This document shows positions 62,483-64,000 of a DNA stretch of 64,000 nucleotides, piece after piece. Below the pieces are notes generated by a model. It was not told where the DNA came from, did no database searches, and saw only the letters and a list, made by a program, of their open reading frames with translations. Within the stretch, counting starts at the first letter, position 1, and every line of letters starts with the position of its first letter. The stretch comes from Eledone cirrhosa (lineage: Eukaryota): the NCBI GenBank assembly GCA_964016885.1, contig OZ024740.1:293756001-293820000 (forward strand), given 5' to 3'. Position numbers and translations under genes: made by a program.

Positions 62483-63605
62483 CCTATTTAATATTTCATA
62501 ATACATCTTAATAAGAACACCATGATATTTTTTTCTATATCCTATATGAGGTAAGAATCACATAGAAAGTGATTTTTATCCACAGTTTCCTGCTGTGTCA
62601 TGGGTCATTTGGTACCCACATTCATATTCAATTGCTGGGTCACCCATAAAGAAGGATAAAGAGCAAATTGCCAAATTTAGGAGATCCTTGTCATTTTAAC
62701 ATCCACTTACCCTTGCTAGGAAGGGTTGGACAGGTCTATATAGACCAAATTAGTACTGAAGCAGAATCACTGATCTCCCAAGCAAGCCAGGGACCAGTCT
62801 CTTGCTTATGTAATCTCACATTCTGTCAAGTGCTCAAGAGAGGTTGTCAAGACTTTAACACAACTGAGAGTCCTCCCAACCCTTTGTTTGGCAAGATTTC
62901 TATGGCTGGATATCCTTCATATCACCAACAGTGTCTACTGGGTGCATTTATCATGTAAATAACCAACACTGGGGAGGTTTTCATGCCCTTGACACAACTG
63001 AAGAGGCCTCCTGACCCTTTGTCTGGCAGGTTTTCTATGGCTGGATGCCCTTCCTGCCACCAACCACTTTACAGTGTGTACTGGGTGCGTTTATCATGTA
63101 AATCACGAACATTCTGTAATAAAAAAGATAAACATCTACAACACCAAACGTAGCAACAGGATGAAACACTAGCGCCCACCATAGCTTGGAAACTTTCATT
63201 GAAGGGGAAAAATCAAACAGAATAATTTGTAAAATTTAGGTTGGCTGTTACAATAAAATCAGAAAAATATTAAGTGCAAAGGAAGCTGATAAAAAAAGAC
63301 TTCTATTTTTTTCATCTTTTTAAAAAAAAGAAACTATTTTAGTTGCTATAATAAATCCTACACAGAAAGAAATGTTCTAATGTAACAAATGAGTCATTCC
63401 AGTTCCTAAAGGGCTCTTAACAAATAAAAAATGGAATGATCCACTGGATGGTTGCATGGGTTTTGAAGATATACCACTACAATCCTCCAGTGGGTTGTAT
63501 AAGTGCCGACATCTTAAAATATTACCAGCAGGAAGGAATTTTGTGGTAAGTTTTTTGCAATGCTCTCAAACCGATCATAATTATACTAATTACTGAAAAA
63601 TGAAA

Positions 63606-63850
63606 TCAATCTTCTGTAGTAAAAATGTACTCCATCTTCTGTAGTAAAAATGTACTCAATCTTCTGTAGTAAATATGTACTCCATCTTCTGTAGTAAAAA
63701 TGTACTCAGTCTTCTGTAGTAAAAAGGTACTCAATCTTCTGTAGTAAAAAGGTACTCAATCTTCTGTAGTAAAAAGGTACTCAATCTTCTATAGTAAAAA
63801 GGTACTCAATCTTCTGTAGTAAAAAATACCCAATCTTCTATAGTAAAAAT
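63606..63850. repeat. 25-bp minisatellite, ~10 copies
   Basis: Unit tcaatcttctgtagtaaaaatgtac. Confidence 0.9.
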
Positions 63851-63884
63851 TTCAATAATAGATTCTACATATCACAGACATATT

Positions 63885-64000
63885 ATAATAATAATGAAAT
63901 TATTGTGTACAGTGCTCAGGTGCACTACAACTCGTCAAAGGTGCATGTATAGTACATAGAATAATATACAAATGTCAAGGAAGTGAATAGTGTATGAGTC
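63885..64000 (-). mobile_element. CR1-group 3' UTR fragment
   Basis: Reverse complement of 2083-2400 without the SINE insertion. Confidence 0.75.

Overview
AT-rich animal genomic DNA, dense in (TA)n/(CAT)n microsatellites and transposon remnants. The SINE/LINE mix suggests a cephalopod (octopus-like) genome, which is an inference. The only host gene I can support is the 3' half of a minus-strand cytochrome P450 family 4 (CYP4V-like) gene: five exons between 42762 and 52084 with intact GT-AG sites and I-helix, ExxR, PxRF and heme motifs. I did not find its upstream exons in the window. The rest is non-LTR retrotransposons (RTE, L1/Tx1, Dong/R4, a near-intact two-ORF CR1-group LINE), tRNA-derived SINEs, mariner elements and minisatellites. 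The most notable hidden signal is a set of type I hammerhead ribozyme (HHR) motifs carried by unrelated short non-coding repeats. These include a 424-bp tandem array that looks like a non-LTR retrozyme (5715-7276), a perfect 445-bp-arm palindrome with an HHR in each arm (31313-32214), and several Penelope-like inverted-repeat elements. The CR1-group LINE also shows a likely programmed -1 frameshift joining ORF1 and ORF2.
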